A DNA stretch of 64,000 nucleotides. It comes from an uncultured Chloroflexia bacterium (GTDB lineage Bacteria > Chloroflexota > Limnocylindria > Limnocylindrales > CSP1-4). The stretch lies in the NCBI GenBank assembly GCA_963727005.1, contig CAVSEO010000005.1, positions 961,044-1,025,043 of the forward strand, in the 5' to 3' direction. Positions 37,688 through 47,899 of the stretch are shown here, in pieces. A model generated the notes under the pieces. That model saw only the letters and a list, made by a program, of their open reading frames with translations. It did no database searches and was not told the DNA's origin. A program made the position numbers and the translations under genes. Numbering within the stretch: the first letter of the stretch is position 1; each line of letters opens with the position of its first letter.

Positions 37688-38254
37688 TTGGAGCGAGCGC
37701 TCATCGAGAGAGCCCTGGGCGCCGGCTCCTCCGGAGCCGCCGCAAGCGATCGCACTGCCTTCGACGCCCTCGTCCGCAGCCGGGTCGATGCCGTGTACCA
37801 CACCTCTCTTGCCATCCTTGGCGACTCAGCCGACGCCGCGGACGCCACGCAGGAGACCTTCGTCTCCGCCTGGTGCCACCGCGCGGACCTGCGCGACCCG
37901 GACCTCTTCGACGCCTGGCTCGGGCGGATCAACCTGAACGCCTGCCGGATGCAGCTTCGGCGGCGTGGGCGAACGCGTGTCCGCGAGATCCGGCTGCTCG
38001 ATCCGCTCGATGACCGAGAACCGGCTTCACCCGAGCGATCGCTGGCCGACCGAACCGCCGATTCGGACGCCTTCGATCGAGCCTTCGCCCGACTTTCGGT
38101 CGACGACCGCGCGGTCCTCGTCCTCCACCACCTTCAGGCGCGGCCCGTCGCCGAGATCGCGGCCGTTCTGGCGGCACCCGAGGGAACGATCAAATCCCGG
38201 CTTCACCGCGCTCGAGCGGCGCTCGAGTCGGCGCTCGCGAAGGAGTCGCGATGA
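37688..38254 (+). CDS. ECF-type sigma-70 family sigma factor
   Basis: Intact 188-aa ORF. Region 2 is AADATQETFVSAW...FDAWLGRINLNACR. Region 4 is DRAVLVLHHLQARPVAEIAAVLAAPEGTIKSRLHRARAAL. Its stop overlaps the next ATG (ATGA at 38251-38254). Confidence 0.85.
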   Translation: MERALIERALGAGSSGAAASDRTAFDALVRSRVDAVYHTSLAILGDSADAADATQETFVSAWCHRADLRDPDLFDAWLGRINLNACRMQLRRRGRTRVREIRLLDPLDDREPASPERSLADRTADSDAFDRAFARLSVDDRAVLVLHHLQARPVAEIAAVLAAPEGTIKSRLHRARAALESALAKESR

Positions 38255-40700
38255 ACGAGCAGCTTCCGCCGATCGACCAGGACCTCCGCGGCCAGCTGGC
38301 CCGCAGATCCGGCAGCCGCCTGCCCGAAGACCTCCTGGCTGCGACCTACGCCGGGCTGGATGTCGCCCGACCGCAGCCGCGACGCTGGACCGGGCCACGC
38401 CTCAACCGACTCGTGGCCGGGGCGGCGGCGTGCGCCCTGATCGTCATCCTCACGGCGGCACTCGTAGTGGTTCCGCGGTTCCAGACCGCGCCGGCCATAT
38501 CGGCCCTCGCCGGCTATCCGGCCGAACGTGCCCTCACTACCGCCGAACTGGCGGCCGTGATGGCGGGCCCGGCGCTGGCGACGAACACCGCCCTCGTCGC
38601 CGACGGTACGATCGACGTTCAGGAGCGACGTCTGCCCGATGAACCGCTATCGCACGCGTCGGCGTCGTCGAGGGGATGGCCTCGCAGGTATGCGTGATGA
38701 CCGCGTCCGACGTTCTGATCCAACCGGTCACGATCAGCGGCATCATCGCCTTCCGCTATCTCGCGCCCGGCGTCCTGGGGCTGCTCGGCGAGATCACGCC
38801 GGCATCGCCGGCGAAGGCCGCCTTCCGCGTGGCCGACGAATGGCCGCTCCAGGGCAAGACGTTCCTCGTCGACGGCTGGCTGGGCGCGGACGGACTCACG
38901 GGGAGCTGCGCGCTCTCGCCGACTGCCGGCGACGCCCTCCTGCCCGACGCGCGAAGACTGCCCTTACGACAACTGGATGAGCGACGAGGAGACGGCCTCG
39001 CCCAGCGACTCACCCGGGCCGCAGCCGAAGCGTCTCGTGGAGGCAGGCGGCATGCGCCTGATCGATTCGATCGATCACGCCGCGCCGGTCCACGGCACCT
39101 TCGTCGTCCGTGACGTCGTCGGGCCATGCGAGGGCGACCCGCCGCAATCCTCGCGGGGTTGCGACGCGTGGCGCGTCCTCGCGAAGATCGCCGACATCAC
39201 CTTGCCGGTGGCGACTCCCGCCCCGTCTCAGTCCACCTCGCCGACCGCCAGCCCGCCCACCGGATACCCGATCGATCGCGCCCTTACCGCCGACGAGCTC
39301 GGCCGGCTTCTCGCGGCCGGGTCGCTCAAGCGGTACGACACCGTCGTCGTCGACGCGTCGGTAACACTGGAAGCGTCGGGCGCCTGCCAGGGGCCGCAAG
39401 TACCGGACATCGAGTTCGCCGGCTTCGTCGTTGGCATCGATCCACAGGCGTGCGTCTACGCGGTCCCGAATACCACCATCGAACCTGGCCTGTTGCTCCT
39501 GCGCGTGTTGGGCTCGAACACGCTCGGGTACATGGGGACCCTCCCCAGACCGTCGTCCAACTTCACTTACAGCCCGACCGGCGCCTGGCCGGAGGGCTAC
39601 TTCCTCGTCCACGGCTGGCTCGACACCGACGCCAAGGACTGCGGGCGGCCGGGGGCGGTCCCGACGATGATGGGTTACGGCCTGTTTCCCGACTACGGAG
39701 TCATGTGCCACGCGGCCCTGACGGCGACCCGGTTCGATCCAACCATGGCCGACCCGGCCGGTCCAACTCCGGCGGGACCTCCGCGAATCCTCTCCTTCCA
39801 AATCCCAGCCGACGGCCGAGCCGTGGATGACGGCCCGATGTTCTCGATGCCGGGCACAGCGCCGACCAGTGGCTCCGTCGAGGGCACGTACGTCGTCTAC
39901 TCGGGCCACCACTGCAGCCAGTTCGGCTTCGACTGCGAGGAGTACTCGGTTCTGACGAGGCTCGCCGACGTCTCGGTGCCGTCCGCGCGAATGCCACGCC
40001 GAAATCCACTCCACCCATCCGCCGGCCACGCCAATCGCCGAGCCGTCCGCTTCCGCCGGCGGAGCATCGACCGGACTCATCGCCCCCGGCTACCGTCCGT
40101 TCACCCTGGCGGAGATCCCGGCACTCCTGGCCAAGGACCCGACCCATCTGGCCGGCCGAATCCTGGTCATGAAAGGGCCGGTTCCAGTCGGCTACCAATG
40201 TTCGGAGGCCGGCCCTACTGACGCCCCAGCCACCTCTGGCTTGTGCTACGCGATCGGACTCGAGAGCCCGATCGCCCCAGAGGGCTACCTGGCCGTCCGA
40301 GTCGGCAGCGACGGCAACCTGACGCTCATCGGCGAGATCGCGACCGGGACAAGTGGCTTTGTCCTGTCGCTCGACGAAGCCCAGGCGGTATGGAACAAGC
40401 CGGGCTCGGACAAGGCGCTGGTCCTGGTGAAGGCCTGGATCGGCGGCATGGGGGCGGACGCGTGCGATGTCGTCGGCCAGCCGTGCCAGGAAGTCTCCTG
40501 GCTGGGCTTCGACACCGGACGCCGGGCACTGGCAGGGTTCGACGCCGGCAAGTGGACAGCTGGACGTTCAACTCGGTGCCTACCACTCCATCGGCGGGGG
40601 TAGCGTGGGAGGCGGCCCGTCAATCCAAGGAGTCTTCCTCGTTCAGGGTCCGGCCAGTGCGGCCCAGGTGCTCGCCCGAATCGAGGCCGTGACTCCATAG
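38251..40700 (+). CDS. Single-pass anti-sigma-like protein with three tandem Cys-containing ectodomain modules of unknown family; several apparent frameshifts
   Basis: The N-terminus is MNEQLPPIDQDLRGQLAR... and the TM segment is LVAGAAACALIVILTAALVVV. Modules begin at YPAERALTTAELAAVMAG, YPIDRALTADELGRLLAAG and YRPFTLAEIPALLAKD. Each carries a (V/F)xGWLxxD...C segment and ends near a PT/PS-rich linker. Reconstructed across fragments 38251.., 38676.., 38977.., 40169.. and 40467..40700. Confidence 0.55.
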
Positions 40701-40806
40701 CGGATCGACGGAAGACCGAATCCGGCTTGGCCCGCGGCGGTAACATTCGGGGGCAACCGTCGCCAGCCGGGCCGCTGGCCCAGAGCAGCCACCAGGAGTG
40801 GGTCGA

Positions 40807-41440
40807 ATGCCGGGCTTCACGCCGTTCACCAGCAACTACCAGGATCTCTCGACCAACCAGGGCTACCAGTTCGAGTTTCGCTGCGACGTCTGCGGCAGCG
40901 GCTACAGAAGCGAGTACCAGAAGAACCTGCTCGGCGTTGGGGGCTCGATCCTCGGCGGCGCCAGTAGCGTCCTGGGAAGCCGGATCGGGGGGCTCTGGGG
41001 AGCGGCCAACGCTGCCAACACGGCCCAGGACATCACCGACCGCGACGCCCGCGACAAGGCCCTGCAGAAGGCCTCCAACGAGATCATGCCGCTGTTCCAC
41101 CGCTGCGTTCGGTGCAACAACTGGGTGGACGAGACCTGCTTCAACAAGGCCCGCGGCCTGTGCGTCAACTGCGCCCCGAACCTGGCCGCCGAGATGGAGG
41201 CAGAACGCTCCTCCGTCGAGATCAACCAGATGCGCCAGGCGGTCCAGGGCCACGACGGTCTTCTCGGGCGACACCAGCACCCGGGCGACCGAATGCCCGA
41301 GCTGCGGCAAGCCCGTAGGTTCGGAGAAGTTCTGCGGGAACTGCGGAACGCCCCTCGGCGTGGCCAAGTGCGCCAAGTGCGGCGCCGAGCTCGCCTCCGG
41401 CACGACCTTCTGCGGGAACTGCGGCACCAAGGTCGCCTAG
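40807..41440 (+). CDS. Zinc-ribbon protein (N-terminal CxxC...CxxC unit plus C-terminal double zinc ribbon); +1 frameshift near 41255
   Basis: Contains FEFRCDVCGSGY...FHRCVRCNNWVDETCFNKARGLCVNCAP. After the shift it reads TECPSCGKPVGSEKFCGNCGTPLGVAKCAKCGAELASGTTFCGNCGTKVA. Confidence 0.65.
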
Positions 41441-41793
41441 CGCGGCGGCTGGCCGAGGCTAGCGGCACCCGGGCGACCGTGCGCCGATGCTCGCATTGGC
41501 CGAGTTGCGCCGGAGCGGACCCGGTCGAATCGCAGGTTCGCGGTCGTGATCCGTGGCTCGTTTACGGTCCAGGAGTTCGGCGGCGCTCGGCGACCGGCAT
41601 CACTGCACGGCGACGACCGGCGCACCTGGACCGTTCCGCGGCAGCTCGTCGGCGCCTGCAGCCGGCGCAACGACCGGGCGCCGGATCGCCTGGGACCAAC
41701 TCTCACGGGATCTCGCGCCTGCCGAGCGATCCCGTCCGAGCCACGCCGCGACATCTGCGAGATGCGCAGCGACCGGCGTCGGCTGGCCTGCGT

Positions 41794-42213
41794 CTACCCG
41801 GCCATCGTCCCGCAGATAGTGCAGAAGCGGGCGCCGGCCGGTAGGGGCGCGCCGCAGCCCGAGCACGGGCCCGCGGACTGAGGAGGCGGGGCCACGGGCA
41901 ACGGCGTCGGCGGCCGGCGGCGGCGGCGGAGCGCCGGCCGCCTGGGTCGCGGCGGCGGCGGCGCGGCCGGTCGGCCTGCCGCTGCTGGACCCGCCCCGGC
42001 GGGCCCGCGGTGCCGGCCGCGGCCGGAGGCGGTGCCAGGAGGGACATCCCACACGACGGGCACACGACCCAGGCCGGGTCCTCCACGATCTTGCGGCAGT
42101 TCTGGCAGCGCTTCGGGGAGAAGGGCTCGATGACGCCGCAGAACGGGCACGCGCGACACGACCCTGTCGATGAACTTGCCGCAATACGGGCACGGGTGCT
42201 TGAAAGTCGGCAT
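41794..42213 (-). CDS. Multi-zinc-ribbon protein with a Pro/Ala-rich spacer; two apparent frameshifts
   Basis: The start MPTFKHPCPYCGKFIDRVVSR is followed, in another frame, by CPFCGVIEPFSPKRCQNCRKIVEDPAWVVCPSCGMSLL. It then returns to ...GPCSGCGAPLPAGARFCTICGT. Confidence 0.55.
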   Translation of the reverse strand: MPTFKHPCPYCGKFIDRVVSRVPVLRRHRALLPEALPELPQDRGGPGLGRVPVVWDVPPGTASGRGRHRGPAGAGPAAAGRPAAPPPPRPRRPALRRRRRPPTPLPVAPPPQSAGPCSGCGAPLPAGARFCTICGTMAG

Positions 42214-42332
42214 CGTCCGCTCCTATCAGCCTAAGGTGCCCGAAGGCTTCGACTTCTCGCCCGCAGCCGGCGTCCGGGCCCGAGCTGCTCGCGCCGGGGG
42301 CCGGCCCGGCAGCTTCGACCGCTTCGGTCGGC

Positions 42333-43943
42333 TCAGCCGGCGTCACTCCCGCCGCCCTCAGCGTCGTCGCCGTCACCGGCCGCAGCGACCTGCGACTCCT
42401 GCGCCGCGCGGCCCGGCCACTCGGCCGCCTCGTCCCTGGCCGTGGCATGCCACCGGATCAGATCCGCCACGGCGGCCGACCAGCTGGCGGGAGCGCGATG
42501 GACGATCCGCGCCACGAACCGGGCCCGAGCCCAGGCGAGCGTCGGCAGGACCGCGATCGCCAGCCGGTAGTTCAGGTACTTCGGCAGCCGCAACTGATCG
42601 GCGGGCAGCGCCATCGGCTCGCGCAGGAAGCGGCAGTCGACGAGCGCTTCGCTGATATCCCGGACCGCCTTCTCGGCCGGCGATGCCGAGCTTCTCCGGC
42701 GGCTCGCCCTTGTACTGCGCCCGGGGCATGACTCGGTAGAAGTAGGTCGCGTGGGCGCCGGCCGTGACCAGCTCCAGGGCGACCAGGTTCCCCGGCATGG
42801 CGATGAGGAACCAGATCTTCGGGTCCGTGCCGCCCGGATCCACCGGCGACATGGCGACCCACCGAGGCGCGGCCGTCCCGGCCGTCTGGCACAGCGACTG
42901 GTAGCTGTCGGCGAATGCGGGCTCGCCCAGCACGGCCGTCTCGACGATGGGCCAGCCGGAGGCGCCGAATACTTCGGGCCTTGTCGGCCGTCCGTCCACC
43001 AGCGTGTCCGACGCCTTCTGCCTCACGCCGAACGGGGCGTCCGGCAGAAGCTGCTCCACGAAGCCGGCGGCGTCGGCGAAGGCGCCGTCTCGAAGCTTCT
43101 GCAGCGTGTCGTGGAGCCGGGTGGCTGCCTGGCCGAGGCCGCGCAAGGTGAGCGTGCCGGGCTCGCCGTCGATGACCACGTCTCCGGGACCGGGCATCTT
43201 GACGGTCGCGATGGACGCGCGCCGGTAGTGGATCCAACTGGCTCGCTCGTCGATCGGGCAGACGACGAAGCCCCATGGCGTGAACGACCAGCTGCCCGAC
43301 GCCGGTCGTTGCCGTCGCCGGTCCGTCCGGACCGGGTCCGAGAGGGCTCGCCGTCGGCGTCCAGGCGAACTCGACCAGTTCGGCCGGACCATCCGGGACC
43401 TTCACCAGGCCGTCGGAAAGCCGCTGCTTCAGGCGCAGCTCGCGCAGCGTCCGGACGAGCGGCCCGAGCCGGTCGCCGAACTTCTCGAGGATCCAGCGCA
43501 TCGCGTCCGGCCCGTCGCCCAGGACGAGCAGCACGGTCGATTGCTGGATCGCGATCAGGCTGAGGTCGCGGTAGCCGGCCCGGATCGGCCGCCCGGTGCC
43601 GACCTCGAGCGTCAGGCCGGTGGAGTCCAGGCTGACGGTCGCAGGCTCCGAGCGTCGTGTTCGGACCCGCGAGCCGGCCTTCGCCGTGGATCTCGATCGC
43701 TTCGCCCTTCTCGCCTCCGCCGTCGCGGGCGGCGTCCCGGCCGCCTTGCGTCCGAACGTCCCGAGCGTCGCGGCCGTCGACTCGTGACCCGCGCGGATCG
43801 CGGGCGTCGCGGCCTTGCCCCGCGCCCAGACCCAGTGCGCTGGCCAACCCCTGGAGCTGCCCGGGTCCCAGGCCGCCCATCCCCATGCCCGGACCTCCGG
43901 GACCGTCCCCGAACTCGCCGCCGAAACCACCCCTGTCGTCCAT
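42333..43943 (-). CDS. Hypothetical ~537-aa protein (Gly-rich N-terminus, two globular regions, C-terminal helical region); >=3 apparent frameshifts
   Basis: Reconstructed as MDDRGGFGGEFGDGPGGPGMGMGG...GEAIEIHGEG / EPATVSLDSTGLTLEVGTGRPIRAGYRDLSLIAIQQSTVLLVLGDGPDAMRWILEKFGDRLGPLVRTLRELRL / SWSFTPWGFVVCPIDERASWIHYRRASIATVKMPGPGDVVIDGEPGTLTLRGLGQAATRLHDTLQKL...IWFLIAMPGNLVALELVTAGAHATYFYRV / KAVRDISEALVDCRFLREPMALPADQLRLPKYLNYRLAIAVLP. I recognise no family. Confidence 0.45.
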
Positions 43944-44044
43944 GCCGCCATCGTAGCCACAAGTGGCGCCCTCGGTCTGCCGAACTGGAACCTCCGCCGT
44001 CGTCCGATCGCACGCTCGGCCCGGGCCAGGCGTCCGCACGCTAC

Positions 44045-44073
44045 TTGCGTGATTGCGCAAGCTGTTGTACATT
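44045..44073 (+). promoter_or_regulatory. Sigma-70-type promoter (TTGCGT-17 nt-TACATT) with an overlapping inverted repeat CTTGCG-N6-CGCAAG; predicts a leaderless arsR-family transcript
   Basis: The -35 is at 44045-44050 and the -10 at 44068-44073. The ATG of the ArsR/SmtB gene at 44080 lies 7 nt after the -10. Confidence 0.5.
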
Positions 44074-44079
44074 GGGCAC

Positions 44080-44373
44080 ATGCTCGAACTAGCCGATCCG
44101 GAGACTGCGAGGCAGCGAAGCGCGGCGGTGGCCAGGGCTCTGGCCGATCCGAAGCGCCTGTGCGTGCTGCAGTCCCTCGCCGAGGGCGAGCTTTCGGTTC
44201 GCGATCTCTCCGACCGTGTCGGATGCCACGTCCCGAACATGAGCCAGCACCTCGCCGTCCTGCGGAACTCGGGATTGGTCCTGACCCGCCGGGACGGCAA
44301 CGCGATCTACTATCGCCTCGCGGATCCTCGGATCCTGGAGGCATGCCGGCTGCTCCAGTCCATCGCCGGCTGA
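44080..44373 (+). CDS. ArsR/SmtB-family metalloregulator-type repressor
   Basis: Contains [63 protein letters not shown]. The track start at TTG 44053 is less likely than ATG 44080. Confidence 0.85.
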   Translation: MLELADPETARQRSAAVARALADPKRLCVLQSLAEGELSVRDLSDRVGCHVPNMSQHLAVLRNSGLVLTRRDGNAIYYRLADPRILEACRLLQSIAG

Positions 44374-44422
44374 CGCGCATAGCGCCGGCCGGCCCACTAC
44401 CTCAGGGAGGTCCATCCGTCAG

Positions 44423-44768
44423 ATGGCCGAAGTGCAAGCAGTCACAGACGAGACTTTCGAAGAGATCGTTCTCAACGCCGAGCGGCCGGTAATCGTCGAC
44501 TTCTGGGCCGCCTGGTGCGGACCTTGCCGCATGGTCGCCCCGGAGCTTGCAGAAGATCGCGGCCAAGTACGCCGACTCGATCGACGTCGTCAAGATGGAC
44601 GTGGATGCCAATCCGGCCGTCTCCCAGGCGTTCCAGATCATGACCCTGCCGACAATCGCGTTCTTCCGCCCCGGCAAGCAGCCGATGGCGATCGTCGGAG
44701 CGATGCCGGCGGAACAGGTCGAGGCAAGATTTGGCCTGTCGGAGTACGCTAAAGCCAGACCCGCCTGA
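44423..44768 (+). CDS. trxA: Thioredoxin; one +1 frameshift near 44545
   Basis: [42 protein letters not shown] is followed, one base on, by [53 protein letters not shown]. The WCGPC active site is present. Confidence 0.9.
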
Positions 44769-44832
44769 GGGCTCGATCCCTCGGCCACTAACCGAATACC
44801 AATGCGGGGCCTCCCCCTCGGCCCCGTTCCTT

Positions 44833-44876
44833 ACGACCCCGGCCTACCCCCTCAGGCCGGGGTCGTGCTTTGTCTC
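44833..44876 (+). terminator. Intrinsic terminator after trxA (also downstream of the convergent gene)
   Basis: A perfect 12-bp stem CGACCCCGGCCT/AGGCCGGGGTCG with an 8-nt loop, followed by GCTTTGTCT. Confidence 0.75.
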
Positions 44877-44921
44877 GCGGACGAGCATGCCGGGCCGCCG
44901 GCGCGGGCGATCCCCAGGCCG

Positions 44922-45255
44922 TCAGTTCAATCGAGGGGGCGGCTCCGCGACTTCGCCGGAGAGGCGCCAGGCAGCCTCGAACCAGGCCTTCACTCGATCC
45001 AGCGTGAACGTGTCGTCCGCGTTCGATTCGAGGGCGACCCACTCGGCCCCCCGAGGGGACACCGACGTATCCGGCGTTCGAAGCAGCGGCGACGACGATC
45101 TCCGGACGGAGGCGGAAACTGAGCCTTGGGCCTTCCCGAACGGCGAAGACGATGCCGCCGCGGACGAACTCGACCACCGGTCCGGACTCACGGCGCCCGA
45201 CCCCTTCCAGCTCGTCCGCCAGCCGATCGATTGCCGCAACCTGAGCTTCTGTCAT
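44922..45255 (-). CDS. Hypothetical small protein (~111 aa); +1 frameshift near 45090
   Basis: MTEAQVAAIDRLADELEGVGRRESGPVVEFVRGGIVFAVREGPRLSFRLRPEIVVAA then continues in the frame of track ORF 44922..45239 (...LRTPDTSVSPRGAEWVALESNADDTFTLDRVKAWFEAAWRLSGE). Confidence 0.45.
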
Positions 45256-45273
45256 GGCGCGTGACTCCTCGCG

Positions 45274-45762
45274 TCAGCGGCCGGCGGCGGCGAGGATCGC
45301 CCGAAGATCGGCTTCGTGGTCGGCGTAGTGCTCCGTCGTATTGCCGAGCAGCGACTTCAGGTGATTCGGCTCCTTGAGCCAACGCGTCTCCGGAACCACG
45401 GTCAGATAGCCACGCAACTCGCCCGGCAGTTCGGTGAAACGGCGCCGAACCTCGGTCATGGGAAGGGCCGCCCACTCGGCCTTGTAGCGGGCGTTGAGGG
45501 CGTCGCCCTGGTTGTCCCAGTCGCGGCCAATCTCAGTCAGCCGGTCGTAGGCCGGGCTGTTGGGGTTCACCGCCAGCTCGCGAGCGATATCGCGCCACCA
45601 CTCGAGCCATACCCCCAGGTGCGACATGAGGTCTCGGCCGGTCCAGCCGTGGGCACCGTCCAGGGGTTGCTCCAGCTGTTCGTCGGTCAGGTCCAGCAGG
45701 GCCTCGAAGGGTCGCCAGCTGTCGCGCTCTTCCTCGAGAAAGGAGAATCCGTCGGCGTACAT
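45274..45762 (-). CDS. DinB/ClbS-like four-helix-bundle family protein
   Basis: From the ATG at 45762 it reads MYADGFSFLEEERDSWRPFEALLDLTDEQLEQP...WTGRDLMSHLGVWLEWW...NTTEHYADHEADLRAIL. The family assignment is from memory. Confidence 0.5.
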   Translation of the reverse strand: MYADGFSFLEEERDSWRPFEALLDLTDEQLEQPLDGAHGWTGRDLMSHLGVWLEWWRDIARELAVNPNSPAYDRLTEIGRDWDNQGDALNARYKAEWAALPMTEVRRRFTELPGELRGYLTVVPETRWLKEPNHLKSLLGNTTEHYADHEADLRAILAAAGR

Positions 45763-46195
45763 GCGCCGATGGTATCGCGCCTGAGCCGCGCGCGAATGCC
45801 TCGCCGACCCGGTGCGCGACCGCACCAGACTTACTACCCGGTTGAGCAGTCTGTCGGGTCATTGCGAATCGGCTCCGCGCGGCTAGTTTTGGCAGTGGCC
45901 GCCGATACCGGTGCACGAAGAAGCAAGCGGCGTCGGACAACGGGCCGGGGCTGTTCGCGACATCCGCATTTGAGGCGAACGCGGTTCGTACGAGGAGGTC
46001 GCAGGCCCCGACCACGACCCGAGTTAGCGCGCAATGCATGCCAGCTTGGAACCTTCGATCGGCGGCCCGGTCTCATATGCCCATCCTTGGGCGCAGAGAC
46101 GGTCCGTCCGACCAGCCGGGCGGGCCGTTCTCGTTGTCGCGGCAGTTTCTCGCGGCACGCCACCCGCGGGCTTGGGCCCCGTCCGGCGCGGAGCC

Positions 46196-46930
46196 CTAGC
46201 TGCGCGGAACCGCCGTGTCCAGGCGTCCTCGCCCGACGGCCCCGAAGCGCTCCAGATACCGCAGAACGACACGCGCGGCCAGCGTGATCTCCGGGTCGCG
46301 ATCTATGGTCCGGACTATCCAGGCCACATACGACGGCTCCTGGCTCGCCACATCGCCCAGGGTGAGCCCGGCGAACTTGCCGAAGTTCAGGCGCGTCTCC
46401 ATGGCATCGGCCAGGACGGGCAGGTCCGCTTCCAGGTTCGGCCCGGGACGACGATGCATCGGCCCCGTGGGGGTCGAGGCGCGCCGCGGTTCATGCTCCT
46501 CCACGGACCTGGGCCGCGGCGGCAACCCGGGCAGCGGACTGCGCTCCAGCTGCGTGAGCGTCGCGTTTCGCGGCCGCAGGAGCGCGCTCGTGTCGATCCT
46601 GGCGGTGACGGGTCGCGTCCGAGGCCGAGGCACCCAGCCGGGCCGGGTGAACGGCGGAGGAGGCGGGCCGTCCGGGGCCGGCTGCTCGTCGTTGACACGT
46701 GCCGCTCTGGCGGCCGCGTCGCGGTGAATGCGCCGCTTGTCCGGGTCGCGAAGCTCGTGGTACGCGGCGTTGATCTCGGCCATCGTCTTGTTGGCGCGCC
46801 GCTCCTTGGCCTTGTCGCCGGTCGCGACGTCCGGATGATGCTGGCGCGCGAGCCGGCGCCACGTGACCTTGATCGTCTCAAGAGTCGCGTCGGGCGGCAG
46901 CCCAAGGACCGTGAAGGGGTTTCGGGGCAT
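46196..46930 (-). CDS. J-domain protein, paralog-like of 24884..25501 (J domain plus C-terminal FGKFAG...Y(V/L)xW motif domain)
   Basis: Contains NPFTVLGLPPDATLETIKVTWRRLARQHHPDV (HPD) and a C-terminal LNFGKFAGLTLGDVASQEPSYVAWIVRTI. Confidence 0.75.
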   Translation of the reverse strand: MPRNPFTVLGLPPDATLETIKVTWRRLARQHHPDVATGDKAKERRANKTMAEINAAYHELRDPDKRRIHRDAAARAARVNDEQPAPDGPPPPPFTRPGWVPRPRTRPVTARIDTSALLRPRNATLTQLERSPLPGLPPRPRSVEEHEPRRASTPTGPMHRRPGPNLEADLPVLADAMETRLNFGKFAGLTLGDVASQEPSYVAWIVRTIDRDPEITLAARVVLRYLERFGAVGRGRLDTAVPRS

Positions 46931-46956
46931 CCGATCAGTCTAGCGGACCGCGATCC

Positions 46957-47899
46957 TCAGCTCCCAATCGCCGCCAGGGCGACTGCTACGAAGTCCTCGA
47001 GCCGGGCGAGTTGCAGGTCCGACATGCCTTCGAAGGGGAGTTCGGGGAGGAAATCGACCGGAGCGCGTACGTCCCAGTAGGGATCGAGCAGCCGCGACAC
47101 GCCCACCGTGGCGTAGTAGGAATCCAGGAAGGCTTCGGCCGCCTCGAGCCCGAAGGAGATGGCGAGATTGGCTCGCATGTGCGCCAGATCGACGGCGGGC
47201 GGCCCCCACGAGGCGGACGTCCAGTCGACGATGGCGGTCAGCTTCTCCGATACCCAGAGCGTGTTGCCGGGGTGGTAGTCGCGGTGGATGAACGCACACG
47301 CGTCGCCGGGTGGTGTGGCCGTCGCCACTTCGATGGCTCGCTGCCACAGGGAGGGCCGCCGCGTCCATTTCGGAATGTCGAGTTGGTCGCGCTCGTAGTA
47401 GGGCCGATATCGCGGGACCGTGCGCGCGGCGCGATCGGGATCGACCGCGTGAACCACCGGCAGGACGCGCGCAAGCTGGCCGAGAAACGAGCCCATGTCG
47501 CCTGGACGCGTCACCCGTCTTCCCGGCGCGCGAGCGAGCAGGAGGGCGGGCACGTCGCATTCGGTTGCGGAGACGTCGGTGGCGATGAGCCGTGGAGCCG
47601 GGACGGCTCGACGATGCCAGGAGATCGTATGTCGCGGCCTCCTGGGAGGGCGAGTACTCCGGGTCGGTCTCCTGCCACTCGCTTCGAACCCAGCGCCGGA
47701 GAACTACCTCATGAACCGCGCCTCCGGCGTCGATCCAAATCAGGTGGTTCGCGTGCGACATGCCGCCCCGAAGCCGCTCGACCGACAACACTCGGCCCGA
47801 CTCCCCGCCGGCGCGCCGAGCCCACTCGACCGCCCGGGCCGGCGGCGCCCGCCGAAGGAGATCGCGCGCCTGGTCGGTCTGAGAGGCTGGGCCGGTCAT
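46957..47899 (-). CDS. Aminoglycoside/choline-kinase-type phosphotransferase (APH family); +1 frameshift near 47560-47600
   Basis: The N-terminal fragment reads LSVERLRGGMSHANHLIWIDAGGAVHEVVLRRW. The C-terminal fragment has the catalytic loop FIHRDYHPGNTLW and IVDWTSASWGPPAVDLA. Confidence 0.75.

Noticed and set aside
45885-45905. A GCCACUG (B12-box-like) string on the minus strand, suggesting a cobalamin riboswitch
   Set aside because: The other conserved riboswitch elements are absent around it: the GGUG..AA..CC and AGGGAA segments upstream and GGGAAGG downstream. The downstream gene is also unrelated to cobalamin.
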